From Takakia lepidozioides (Eukaryota > Plantae > Bryophyta): a DNA stretch of 64,000 nucleotides. The position numbers were made by a program, and so were the translations under genes. The notes below the pieces were generated by a model. It made no database searches. It had not been told where the DNA came from and worked only from the letters and a program-made list of their open reading frames with translations. Of this stretch, positions 52,201 through 64,000 are shown one piece after another; positions within the stretch are counted from its first letter, which is position 1, and each line of letters opens with the position of its first letter. The stretch spans positions 38,006,001 to 38,070,000 of the forward strand of contig CM060733.1 of NCBI GenBank assembly GCA_030704615.1, read 5' to 3'.

Positions 52201-55200
52201 GGACTTCAATGCCCGGGTGGGCAAAGGGATCCATCAGGACGATATCATTGGACCTTTTGGTGAGGACGAGCTGAATTCTAATGGCGGACGGTTAATTAAC
52301 TGTCTAGAAGAGCTTCAGCTTTTGACCTTGAATAACAGGACAAGAGGTGACCAAGTGCAGTGGACTCGTGAGAAATCCCAAACTGGGGAACGTTCCATTG
52401 TGGACTATATCATAATGGACAAAATTTTGTTCCCCCAGTGTGCCAATGTGTTGATCGACAGAACTGATATTGGTACCTCTGACCACTTCCTGGTTTGGAC
52501 TGAGATCAAAAGGTGTTTTCCCACCACCAAGAGGTGAGACGTACCACATTCGGAAGTGGCGCATAGAAAAATTCCACAATGAGGAGGTCAAGGCTGAGTA
52601 CGTCCAGGCTACGGTCAGCAAGTACAAGCGCTGAAGACTACTAAAGGTGCAGTGGTGACTTCATCGGTTGACATTGTCAAAACCTTTGAAACTCACTACA
52701 GTATCCTTGGCAGAACTTCTAGGTCTAACAGTGAGGGGTCTTCTGCTGAATGGAGGGACACAGTTGGAAAAACTGTTCCTATGATTCAAAACAGCCCTGA
52801 TGAACTGGAGTATATTTCAATGGCTTATAATGCTCCCATTAGTTCTTCTGAGATTGTGGAAGCAATTGAACATTTAAATGGATATAAAGCTGGTGGACCT
52901 GATGGTATTGTCAACGAGCTTATCAAGCACGGTGGCGATCCCATGATAGAGGCCCTAGTTCTCCTCTTTAACCTTATCTGGAAGACTGAAATGATCCCCT
53001 TTCGCTGGCGACAGGGGGTCATTGTCAATCTATACAAGAAGGGTGACAGAGAAGAACCGGGGAACTACCATGGCATCATGCTCCTCAATGCTGTTGGCAA
53101 GACATTCTGCAGAGTTATAAGTACTCGTCTCGAGGTTGATCTGGAGTCCAGAGGTTGTTTCCACGAAGGCCAAGCTGGCTTTCGGCGAAACAGGGGCTGT
53201 GTGGATCATATCTTCACTCTAAGCCAGATTATCCAGGGAAGGAAAAAAGAAGGGAAACCCACTTATGTCTTTTTCCTGGATGTCAAAAAGGCTTATGACA
53301 CAGTGTGGAGGGATGGCCTATGGTTCCGCCTCTGGTCTTGTGGGATCAAGGGAAAGATGTGGAGAGTTGTCCACAACTTGTATGCTCACACCAAAAGCTG
53401 TGTCACTGTTAATGGACAGAAGTCCAACTTCTTTGACATAGACCAAGGTGTAGCTCAAGGATGTACTCTCTCCCCTCTGCTCTTCAATGTTTTCATCAAT
53501 CAACTCCTCGAGGATGTGGAAAGTGAGGGATTTGGGTTAAGGGTGGGTGATACCACCATACCAGCCCTTATGTTTGCGGATGACTTCGCAGGCATAGGGG
53601 AGACTCCAACCAATCTCCAGGAGTTGATTGATTGCGTGAAGAGATACTTTGATCTTTGGGGGCTAGAGGCTAATGTCAGCAAATGTGCAGTGGTAGCATT
53701 CAACGACAGAGGAGAGGGAGGAAGTGATCTTAAGTGGCAGTGGGGTAGCCAAGAGATCCCGGTCCTCCCTTCCTACACTTACCTGGGCGTTGAGTTTTCC
53801 TCCAATTGTAATTGGGATGTACATATCCGGAAAGTTGTTCAAACTGGCAAGGGCAAAGCTCTGGGGCTCACTAAATTTTTCCACTGCAGAGGGGTCAACT
53901 CTGAGGTTAAGAAAACCATGCTTTGTCGCGTTATTAGACCTGCCTTGGAGTACGGATCTGCTATATGGGTTGACAACTCCAACCAGGCTAAGTCTCTAGA
54001 ATCCATTCAAGTGGGGGTGCTTAAGGAGTGTATGTCAGCATGCTCCAAAACAGCCAATGTGGCTGTTCGGGGTGAGTTTGGCATTCCGTCCTTAAGCTCC
54101 CAACGAGATGAATTCAAGGTCAGATGGTGGGGTCAGCTGCAACATATGCCCAACACCAGATATCCTAAGTTAATCGACTCTATATCTTGGAAACAGGACC
54201 GCCCTGTCAAACAGGCTAAGTCCTGGCAGAAGAGAGTAGAAGAGATTCTCAAGGACCTGGACCTGGATCCGCAAGCCTTGACCCTGCTGGATAAATCTGA
54301 CTTAGAGGCTGTAGTGTCCTCAGCCATGTCTGTTGCCATGAGATTGTCTGATGAAAATGAAGTTAGGCAGAAAACTTCCCTGAACTTGTTTCCAGTCAGT
54401 GACATGGGGGAGGACATCTTGGGGTCCCCTCAAGGGCCTACCCACTCTCGGCACTAGACTGAAATTTAAACTCAGGGCAGGAAGCCTACCTTTGAACAGC
54501 AAACAGAAGCAGAGAGGAAAGGGAGAGTGCAATTGCCCGCTGTGTGGGCAATCTGAAGACAGTATTCACTTTCTGATACACTGTCCGGGGTTCTCTCACC
54601 AAAGAGACGCTCTCTTCAAATCTATTAAGGGAATTGTGCCTGTACCCCTGTTTACCAACTTTGACAGTCTCGAGGCTGAGCCAAAAGCCCAGGCCCTCCT
54701 GAGGCCTAGTTTTTGGGCAAATCACACACAGCAGATTGATGCTTGTGTGAAGGGATTTCTAGAGGATATCTGGAAAACCCGGATTAATTCTTTATATGGA
54801 GGTAAGTCTTACTACCAACGTCAGCCCCTGACAGAGGTAGGTTCTGTCCCTTTTGTTCCCGCTCAAACTGGGCACAGGGTCAATGGCCACAAGGCTACGG
54901 CAAACAACGTCTTATGAGTACAATCTATCAAGGGAATTGTGCCTGTTCCCCTGTTTAACAATTATGAAAGTCTCGAGGCTGAGCCAAAAGCCCAGGCCCT
55001 CCTGAGGCCTAGTTTTTGGGCAAATCACACACAGCAGATTGATGCTTGTGTGAAGGGATTTCTAGAGGATATCTGGAAAACCCGGATTAATTCTATATAT
55101 GATGGTAAGTCACACTATCAACGTCAGCCCCTGACAGAGGTAGGTTCTGTCCCTTTTGTTCCTGCTCAAACTGGGCGCGGGGTCAATGGCCACAAGGCTA

Positions 55201-58200
55201 CGGCAAACAACGTCTTATGAGTACAATCTCTCTCTCTCCCTGTGGGTTCCCGCTCAAACTGGGCGCGGGGTCAATGGCCACAAGGCTACGGCAAACAACG
55301 TCGCATGAGTACAATCTCTCCCTGTGGGCTGACTAACTAAAGGAAACAATTTGAAGTGGGACAAGTTCTTCAAGTTAATGGCATTCACAGTTGACAGTGT
55401 CTGCAAAGGGTGGTGTAAAGGGAGTGGGGTTCTTTGTCCATGATTTCCTTTGTGACAATTGTGAAATCATCAACAAGGAACTTCAGCACAAACCCAGTAT
55501 TTCTACAACAGGATGACGTCATTGGTGTTTCTGGCGAGGATGAGCATAATTCCAACGGCAAGCGACTTATCAATCGCCTGGAAGAGCTTCAGCTTTTGAC
55601 CTTGAACAATAGGTTAAAAGAAGACCCTTTGCAGTGGACTCGTGAACAGCCCAAACTTGGGGCCTGTCCATTGTGCATTATATCTTAGTGGATAAGGGTT
55701 GTTTCCTCAGTGTCCCAAAGTGTTGGTTGATAGATCCCATATTGGTACTTCTGACAACTTTCTTGTCTGGACTGAGATCAAAAGGTGTATTCTTGTGAAA
55801 CGTTCAATTTGAAAGTGGCACATAGAAATATTCAGGAGGGAAGAGGTCAAGATAGAATATGTCGAGGCCTTCAAGAGGCTCTCCCACCCTTTATCCAATC
55901 ACTCCAAGATCTCCCCTCTTGAGAAGTGAGGTTGAAAGAGCTGTGGACTCCTGGGAGATTTCGTCACGTATGTGGCTGACATGATCATTGGAAAGGAAAC
56001 TAATTGTATGCAGAAGAGCAGTGAATTGGTGGACCAATGAGATCATCACCGACAAACGGGCACTTTATAGGCAATGCTGTAAATTCAAAACATGACAGAT
56101 AGCTGTGCTCTAGATATTACCAGCTGCAAAAAGATGTAAATTAGCTAGTAAAGGCTCAGAAGAAAATTTATTGGGGTAATGATAAAGATTATGGTTGCCT
56201 TATAGCATTTGTACCGGCTGAAAATGGTCCAGCAAGTACACGCTTTAAGGAATAACAAGGGTGCAGTGGTGACTTCTGGTTGAGGTGTGAAAACCCTTGA
56301 AACGCACTACAGCCTTCTAACTCTAATGGTGAGAGGTTTTTCTAAAGAATGGAAGGATACATTAGAAAGAACTTTTCCTGCGATCCAAGACAGCCTGACG
56401 ATACAACACGGTCGTTGGTTCTTCTGAAATTGCTGAAGCAATAGAACATCTAAAGGCTATAAAGCTGGTGGGTATGATGGCATTCTCAACGAGGTAATTT
56501 GCCGTCCTCTTTCACCTTATTTGGAAGACTGAAATGATACCCCTTCGCTGGAGAGAGTTCAATCTCTATAAGATTGTACTCATAAGACGTTGTTTGCCGT
56601 AGCCTTGTGGCCATTGACCCCGCACCCAGTTTGAGCGGGAACAAAAGGGACAGAACCTACCTCTGTCAGGGGCTGACGTTGGTAGTAAGACTTACCTTCA
56701 TATATAGAATTAATCCGGGTTTTCCAGATATCCTCTAGAAATCCCTTCACACAAGCATCTCAATCTCTATGAGAAAGGGACACAGAAGAGCCTGGGAACT
56801 ACATGGCATCGCACTTTCGTAGTGCAGGCGGCAAGCTGTTCTGTAGGATAATAAGCACCTATCTCAAGGTTGATTTGGAGTCTAGAATTTTTTTAGGTCA
56901 GGCGGGCTTCTGGAGAAATAGGGGCTGCATCAACCACATCTTTACCCTAAGCCAGACTATTCAGTGGAGGAATAAAGAAGGAAACCCCACCTTTGTCTTC
57001 TTCCTGGATGCACCAAACACATGTATAACTCACCTGGCCCCTGAACATAGGAGTGGGATAACAGAAGACTCCTATCTGTCGTAGATTAAGACTCGTGCCA
57101 AAGCAGGCATAACTTGTGGTGTCAGTTAATACCGAAGGGCTACTGCCTTCCATTTGAAAAAGGACACCTTCTAACGGCCATAACCGGGGCAACACGGTTG
57201 CCCAAACCTCCCCCAAGGACTTAGGATAGAAGGAGACTTAGAGCAAGGCTTTAGCCTGTCAGGGCCCTTCTCTCAAGACGGTCCGACTGGCAGTGCAGTT
57301 GCTGCCACATCTGTCACATCCATGAAGGTTGGGATAAAGTAGAAGTGTCATTCTTAAATCAACAATCAATGCCTTATAATCAGTTTGTTGTTGGCTGCTA
57401 GCAGTGGCTATGGCAAGATTTTTCCCTCAAGTGTAGTTAGCAAGTCTTAGGGGGAAACAATCAATTGGGACATGGTTATTTCCTCACTTTCCCTCTACTG
57501 ATCACACCAAGTTAAAATTGGCAGTTTCGGTTGAAGGAACTGGAAGATGCACTGATGCACCTTGAAGGTATGGAGAATGAGCTTGCAAAAGTCGCATCAC
57601 AACCATGGCCGGAACCCAAGGACATGCTCGGAGGCCTTATTGTTTACAATCCAGTAAAGTTTGCTGTTAAGTGGCAATATACACAACCCCCACTGCCCAA
57701 CCAGGACGACAAACATCCATATCTACTTAGACGAAAATCTGCAGCATGTGTTCCAGAGAGCACTAAATTTTCCCCTTTCAAGTCGGGGGCATCCTGCAGA
57801 GAGAGGAAAAGTGAAGCAAGCAAGGATACACAGAAGAAGCTACTTGACTTATTCCACAAAATCCAAGAATCAATTCAAACAATTCTGTTGAAGGTTGGAT
57901 GTTCATCTTCTGAGGCCCTATGGAATGCATGTGTGCGGGTTTGAGAGAGCGAGTTTTTGCTGCACTTCAAATCATGTTTTGTTTTCTGGCCGCTATTAAT
58001 CCCTGTCCTTGGTCCCTTTAGGCAATTTGTCACTGGCTGGTTGTGTGAGCTTGATCAAATCGCTGTCCCGAGTGTGGTCTTCGGCATTTCCTGGCTTGCC
58101 AAAGTTGTGATGAAGGTTTTTGGTTTATAAAGTTAGATCTGGGGTGCTTCCAGTTTCCTCCCTAAAAAGAATATTTGAAGAACAAGGTCTACTAGAGGCT

Positions 58201-61200
58201 GCATGGCCTATCAAACAAATTTAAGATCCAAATGAGATTATCGAAACCAGAGACTGAAAGCTGTAGTAGTCTAAGTTACCCTCTTAGATGCTTGCAAAGA
58301 GAACTTTTGCTCAGTAGAATACCCTCTGCACTGTATTGGAAAATGTGCTGCTTCTCCCATCATGTTCATAGTTGGGCAAGCTGTCTTTCAGTAGATATAA
58401 AGAGGGAGTTTGTGTTTCATTAGACTCTGCTTCATGCAGTTTTTTGGCTGTAGAATAAAGAGGGGTAGTCTCAGCAGGCAAAAGTGTCCACATGCAAGTT
58501 GCAAAGGGGTTTTCCTGAATTTACCTTGCTGATTTCTAGAAGGCATAGGTGTAAGTGATCACATTGTATGACTGTGCTCTCTCTTGCGCTGTATAGCTAA
58601 GGAGTTTGTGTGAAAGGCATCTGGCCCTTACATTTCATCAATTTATATACTGATTTATATGCTCATCCCATCACAAAGACTGCAGATGATTTTGATTGTG
58701 GAAGATAGACATAAGGTGGCCTCGTTTCTAGTCTTAATAACACTGCAACTATGCCAACTTTTACAACCGAGAATTGTTGTAGACTGAGCTACTTGCAATG
58801 CCATGATAATGTAAGCAGTGCCTTCAATTATGGTTCAGGCGACTGCAGCCAGCCAAGTAGCCACTAATATGAAAGTGGAGAAGGAATTCATTGCTGCCTC
58901 AGTTGTAGACATCAAAAAGGAGCTGCTAGGGGCCTCTCGACCCCCCCCTAGGACAGAGGATAAGAAGGTCTCTGGGAGTGCTAAAATGAGAAACGGGGAG
59001 CCAATTTGGAGGCGAGACAAAGAGGATGCATCAAAACTTCTAGCTGCAGTTCGAGAGCTTAAAGGCCAGGTTGAGGTGGGCATTGATTGTTTGAGGTCTT
59101 GAGGACTTCCCCTGGTTTGTGGGGTCATGATCTGTTCCTTTCCCTCTTGGGTAGTGGGCTTTGGAGGGCAAGACTTCCCCCTGTTTTATCTGAGAATATG
59201 GATATCTGTCTGAGTGAATGGAAAGCTTTTAGATACCATCACAGTTTAGGAACTGTAATGATTGTTCTCTACTCAAACTAGATATCACCTGGGTTTTTTG
59301 GATCTGGGGGTTTAAGTTTAAATTGAGCTTCCACAAGGTAGATATACTGGCCCACGCACTGAGGTGAGTAATTTAAGCTAATTTGAAGCATTCATGCCAA
59401 TGGCAGTAGTATAAGTATTTCCTCCTGTTATAGTTTCAGTATGTATGTTATTTATCTGTAATCAGACTTCAAATACTTACCAGGATAACTGTTCTGAAAC
59501 CTTCTAGAAGTTCTGAAGGTCAGTTGAGTAAAATTCAGAAAAATTCATGGGATTCCAAGTTGCAGCTCCGGTACTGAGATCCTCTAATGCAAAAGTGTTT
59601 CACAATCTCAGGCTCAGAAAGTTGAGAAGATGAGCTTGGAGGCCTCTCTCTCAAAAAAAGAGGCGAAGTTGGCTGAAGTGGAGAGCCTTGTTACTGAATT
59701 GCACGCGGAAAGGAGTGCTCTCTTAAGTTCCCTGAAGGCCATAAGTAGTTCTCTGGGACTTGAATTGCCAGGTGGCATTCAAAGAGAGGGTAATGCTTAT
59801 CAGAAACCTGCCATATAAAGTACCATTTCATTTCATTTCTGTCCCTGGTAGATGCCTTTTACCTACAAGTGTCCAAGTGCTTAGCAGCTTACCTGCATAA
59901 GACACTCCTCCCTTTTGGCAACTAAAAATTTCTTGCATTCCCATTTCTTAGTAGAGGCCTTCTGGTTTGAAGATCGGAAGTGCCTTGCAGCCTACCTACT
60001 TGAGGCCCTTCATCTTAGGGCATCACTTGATGTATCCTCTCCCTCTGGATAACACAAGGTTCCTTCCCTTCTTTTTTCTTTTTGCCTCTATAGCTTTGTG
60101 GAGATTATTACTGTGTTTCATTTTTCTGTGGATGTCACAACTGTTCATTCTTTGTTTTTGTTTCTCTATTGATGGGTCCACAGGGCCACCGTGAAAGTAC
60201 CATTTCTTAAAGTACCATTTCGTTTCATTTCATTTCTTTCTTCCTTCATTTCTTTCACGAACTCTTGTGTTTCCAGTTGTATTGAATGAATACATTACTT
60301 TATGTGTGGTCATGAGTTTGGTTTCTTGTAGGAGGAGGATATGTGGGGGTGTACGGTCTGTGAGATGAATTAAACTCTGAATGCTGGTTTGTTTGACTTT
60401 GTCCTATGGGCCATTGTGGCCTTCTGCAGACGATATAAAATGTCATCTCATTTCATTTCTTTCTTCTTTCACAACAGTTGACAGAGGAACTCCTAAATGA
60501 CTTAGAATCTGCTCCTGATGGTCATCAACTCAACACCAATCAACCCGTCTGATCCAGTCTCAGTTCAGAAGTTGTACTTGCAAGAGATTTTGTTTTCCTT
60601 TGTGGATGATGGCAGCTTTGAATTGAGCTTTGTTTGGTGGGTCGGAATGTCAAAACTTTAACTTTGGACAGATGTACATTTTGTGCAAAGATTGAAATAC
60701 TGTTATGGGTGCTGTAAGCAGGCCTGGTTAATGAAGGGATGCAGTATAAGGCAGAGGACCATAGCCCTTCTGTCCAGAAAATTCAGGTGTTGACCAAGGA
60801 GAGCGATGAAAGCAAAGCCTTGCTTTCCCAAGTACAAAATGAGCATGCTTCGTTGCAAAGAAATTTCTCCGACTTGAAGAGTCGTTTTGCAGAGATGAGA
60901 ACGGCCATGGCAGAGGCAGAAAAAGAGAAGGAAATCCTAGAAAGGCGTTCAGTGGACCTACAAACACAGTTATCAGAAGCCAAAGGCATTACTGTGAATG
61001 TTATGAAAGAGAAAGAAATCCTTGAAAGGCAAATACGTGACCTACAAATTCACTTCAATGAATTCAAAACTTCATATGCAGCATTAGGACAAGAAAAAGA
61101 GTCAGCACAGCGAAGGTCCCTTGACTTACAAATGCTGCTGTCTGATGCCAAAACGGAGCTTGATCACTTACAAGGACAAAATCAACCATTTGAAAGGCGG

Positions 61201-63465
61201 CTGACAGAATTACAATCTCTTTATACTCAAAGTAATGCAACAGTAGCCAAAGTTCAGGAGGACAAAGAAATGATGGGAAGACAGATGCTTAGCATGAAGG
61301 CACTCTATAAGGCCATGGATGTGGTTCTTGGGCTTGGGGATACAGCGTTATCTAACAATCTGAAGAGTGCTCTGAGGAGTGAGTGTGGTGGTCAAGAGAG
61401 ACTCCTTGAGAGGTTGATGCAGCAGAGAGAAGAGCTGGAAGCATGGAGGGAAGAAGTTCGCAAGGATAGAGAGGTGTCAGCTGCAGCATTGCAAGATATA
61501 ATTGCCACGTTGGGTGGCACCGATCAGCAAAATCTCGGTGAGTACTTGTTTGGTGCATCATAGAAACTTAACCCCGCCATGAATGGAAAGAGGCTTGCAA
61601 TGCACCCTACCCGTTACAGACAGAGCACATAACGAAGGAAGAAATCCAAAAGATACAGATTGTTCTTATAGAATGCTCTTTTCAAACATCGGCTAGTTGT
61701 GGGATTGCATACGCCAGGGTACGACACCTATACAAAGCTTTCCTAATCTGGATGAATTAATCGGTGGTACATGGGGTAGGTAATCAGCACCCAGCCTCCA
61801 CAACAATTGTTGCAAGTGTGAAAGCGCTGAAAGCTGAGAAAGAGCAGTTGGAACAGGTCATTCAACAAAGCAATGCCCTTTGTGGTTTAGTTCAGCAAAG
61901 CATACAGTCTATTTGGGATCTTGTAGCAGATGGCCACGGCAGAGGTCAAAGTGGGAATGCTCTTGCTCAAGAGTATCCACTATTGGCAGGTGAGGAATCC
62001 ACTACTTCATAGGAAGCTACTTAGACAAGTTGAGAAGTTGTGAAACACATAAGGGAGAGAAGAATGACATTTATTTCGTTTACTGGATGCTGGAAGGGCA
62101 TGTGGAACTAAAGGAAACTTTGAATGAGATTTCAAGACTTAAAGAGAAAAAAAGGGGAAAGAACAAAATAGTACCTCTCCCACAGGGCAGAAGAGTCCCA
62201 TTACCATTCTGTAAAAGGAAAGAAAGATAGCAACTTTATGACGTCAACAGATGAGTTGGTTTTACTACATCCAAGTAGAAACAGAAGGGGGAAAAAGGAC
62301 AATGTTAAGTCCACAGCGGAAGACCTCATTTGGCCCACAAGAAGCCGAAGTGCCTAACAAACCTTTCCAAGATCAAAGCGAGACTGCAGATCACTGCTGA
62401 GCTTGCCTAACAATGCTGGGAGACAAAGTGCCTCGTGCATGTATGCTGTTAAACCTGTTCTGATCCTTATACCTGAAGGTTGCTGACAAAGTTTCTGAAA
62501 ATACAGTAGTAAATTATCTGATCTCATAGTACCTCACTGGGCAGGAGCAAAGAATTGTGATTCTTTCTCCACCTGATCTAGGTTGCATATTGGACAGATA
62601 TCCTTTTGAGGTGTTTCACCCCATCTACCTGTCTGGATCTGTGCATTGTCTTAACTGACTTTGAAATTGCCCAAACCCTCATGAGGGGCGAGCAACTAGG
62701 GCATGAGGATGTTAGTATCTCTGAAATTTGTAATAGGATCTTTGGAAAAATGGACCTTTCAGACCCCCACTCTCCCTTGGATCTTGATCAGCCTTTTCCT
62801 GTCCTGCCTTTGAGGAAAACGCCTTGGGGTCAATCAAAAGGTGGCATTGTTCCAGTATAGAGACCATGTGGGAAGACGGATTATCTGACTTGAGAACCAG
62901 CATCCAGCATCCCGTGACCCCTGCGTTGCTGATCTCTTAGTCACTGCAAAGCCCTGGCAGCCAATATTCTGGTAGCAACCTAAGTCTGTTGAGGTTTGCT
63001 CGACACCTCTCTGCTGGTCTGTCGGTCTGTTACCTACCCTGCCAGGGTCGGCATTTCATGGAGTGCCAAGGCCTTGACCAAGGGTTTTGGTTTATAGAAG
63101 AAAGGAAGGAAGGGAGGATGACCATGGGAGGCCCAAGGGGCCCACTGGACACTGGATGACCTTAATAACCTTAGAACCGAATTGTGACTGCAGGAGAATT
63201 CACCAGGGCAGTAGCAGAGGTGCCAGAACTGGTGAAACTAGTGGCGAATTTGAAGATGGAAAGAGACCATCTCATCACCAAGCTTGAAGCTGTAGAAAGT
63301 GATAGAGATGAAGTTCACACACGGCTACAGGCAGAGAAGCATGAGCTAACGCAGATCTATTCAGGCTCACAGCAGGAAGCCCAAACCCTGAAGAAACACC
63401 TTGACAGTGCACATTCTTTGCTTCTTGCTCCACCTGCACTCTCTCATGATGAGCTTTTGAAACAG
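46253..63465 (+). CDS. Uncharacterised long coiled-coil protein, at least 10 exons; start and end not resolved
   Basis: AG/GT-bounded E/K/L/Q-rich exons at ~46253, 47201, 48597, 50279, 57525, 58839, 59612, 60722, 61781, 63194; heptad-like repeats (EKEILERRSVDLQTQLSEAK). Confidence 0.75.
50479..55233 (+). mobile_element. Near full-length APE-RT-ZnF LINE in an intron, frameshifted, with duplicated 3' end and (TC)n tail
   Basis: APE (GQETW, LGDFNARVG, VDYII, SDHFLV), RT (QAGFR, FLDVKKAYD, QGCTLSPLLF, FADD, YLGV), CPLC..HFLIHC; TSD ctctccctgt at 50469-50478 and 55234-55243; last ~300 nt repeated at ~54926-55226. Confidence 0.93.
51263..51666 (+). repeat. Three tandem ~140-nt repeats upstream of the LINE APE domain
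   Basis: Units start at 51263, 51403, 51544; each encodes FGTLNGLPIxKVYTRR. Confidence 0.9.
55247..55314 (+). mobile_element. ~68-nt 3' tip of the same LINE with its own TSD
   Basis: Flanked by tctctccctgtggg at 55233-55246 and 55315-55328. Confidence 0.8.
55329..57010 (+). mobile_element. Older, decayed copy of the same LINE family (APE to RT)
   Basis: Collinear with ~51770-53285 (GEDEHNSNGKRLINRLEELQLLTLNNR; GQAGFWRNRGCINHIFTLSQ) with many stops and indels. Confidence 0.88.
56574..56759 (-). mobile_element. ~186-nt antisense 3' fragment of the young LINE nested in the old copy
   Basis: Near-identical reverse complement of ~54738-54925; TSD tcaatctctat(a/g)aga at 56559-56573 and 56760-56774. 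Confidence 0.9.
59813..60460 (+). repeat. Cluster of ataaagtaccatttcatttc-type retroelement tails (also at ~25585(-), ~36828, ~63740, ~63853)
   Basis: Shared terminal motif plus (CATTT)n; longer copies share ttttgtcccataagc..gagctttc. Confidence 0.7.
62540..62720 (-). mobile_element. Decayed LINE C-terminal zinc-finger remnant
   Basis: LGNFKVS*..IQTGRW..ICPICNLDQVE. Confidence 0.45.
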
Positions 63466-64000
63466 GTGAGGTGCACCACTCCAGGCCATGGTCTACTGCA
63501 TCAGTTCTATATTACATGCTATACATGCTAAGATCTAGCAAACAATTTGAGGAGACTGTAACCCCCCTACATCTATCTGTGTTGTTCTACTGGGTCCCAT
63601 GCGCCCTCTGGGCCTCCAATGGATGTAATAATTATCTTTCTCTCGAGCAATAGTTTTTGTTTTTGGCTCTGGTTTTGTTTCCTCTCTCATGTTTTCTTCC
63701 ATTTTGTCCCATAAGCTCTATGAGCTTTCCGCGGACATTATAAGCACCATTTCATGTCATTTCTCTGTGTAGGAACTTACCAAGTCCCTCAGAGCTTCAA
63801 ATCTGCAAATCTCGAACTACCTTTCAGTTCATTTGAGCTTTCTGCAGATGTTATAAAGTACCATTTCATTTCATCCCCGTAGGTTAGGGTCCTCCACGAA
63901 TAATTCTTTCTCTCTATCCTCACTCTGTTGTTAACAGTCCCCATGCACTCATATGTCAGAGACAGAGTATAACTGGAGCGTCGACTTCAGAGGAAGGAGA

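Overview
Eukaryotic nuclear DNA from a land plant, most likely a seed-free lineage (inferred from the PLS-PPR-DYW style and TE content; species not identifiable). Intron-containing host genes: first exon of a KEA4/5/6-type K+/H+ antiporter (-), a CYSTM-like peptide (-), a complete 7TM-RGS (RGS1, +), a GDSL lipase pseudogene (+), the MutL homologue PMS1 (-), a PLS-PPR-DYW editing factor with an intact main exon (-), a decayed PPR-DYW cluster (-) and a long uncharacterised coiled-coil gene (+). Mobile DNA: a 5'-truncated RNaseH + restriction-like-endonuclease (Dualen/RandI-like) retrotransposon with a 12-bp TSD and a hairpin-rich ~900-nt 3' UTR, a full-length piggyBac with TIRs, a tRNA-derived SINE, a (TC)n-tailed APE-LINE family with at least five insertions, and a (CATTT)n-tailed family. 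Main finding: both PPR-DYW loci carry, in spliced upstream exons that the ORF track splits or misses, the PDF motif of OSB organellar ssDNA-binding proteins, giving a PDF-PPR-DYW architecture (ssDNA-binding motif joined to a C-to-U deaminase). Every copy of this fusion in the window carries lesions. Exon boundaries were read by eye and are approximate.
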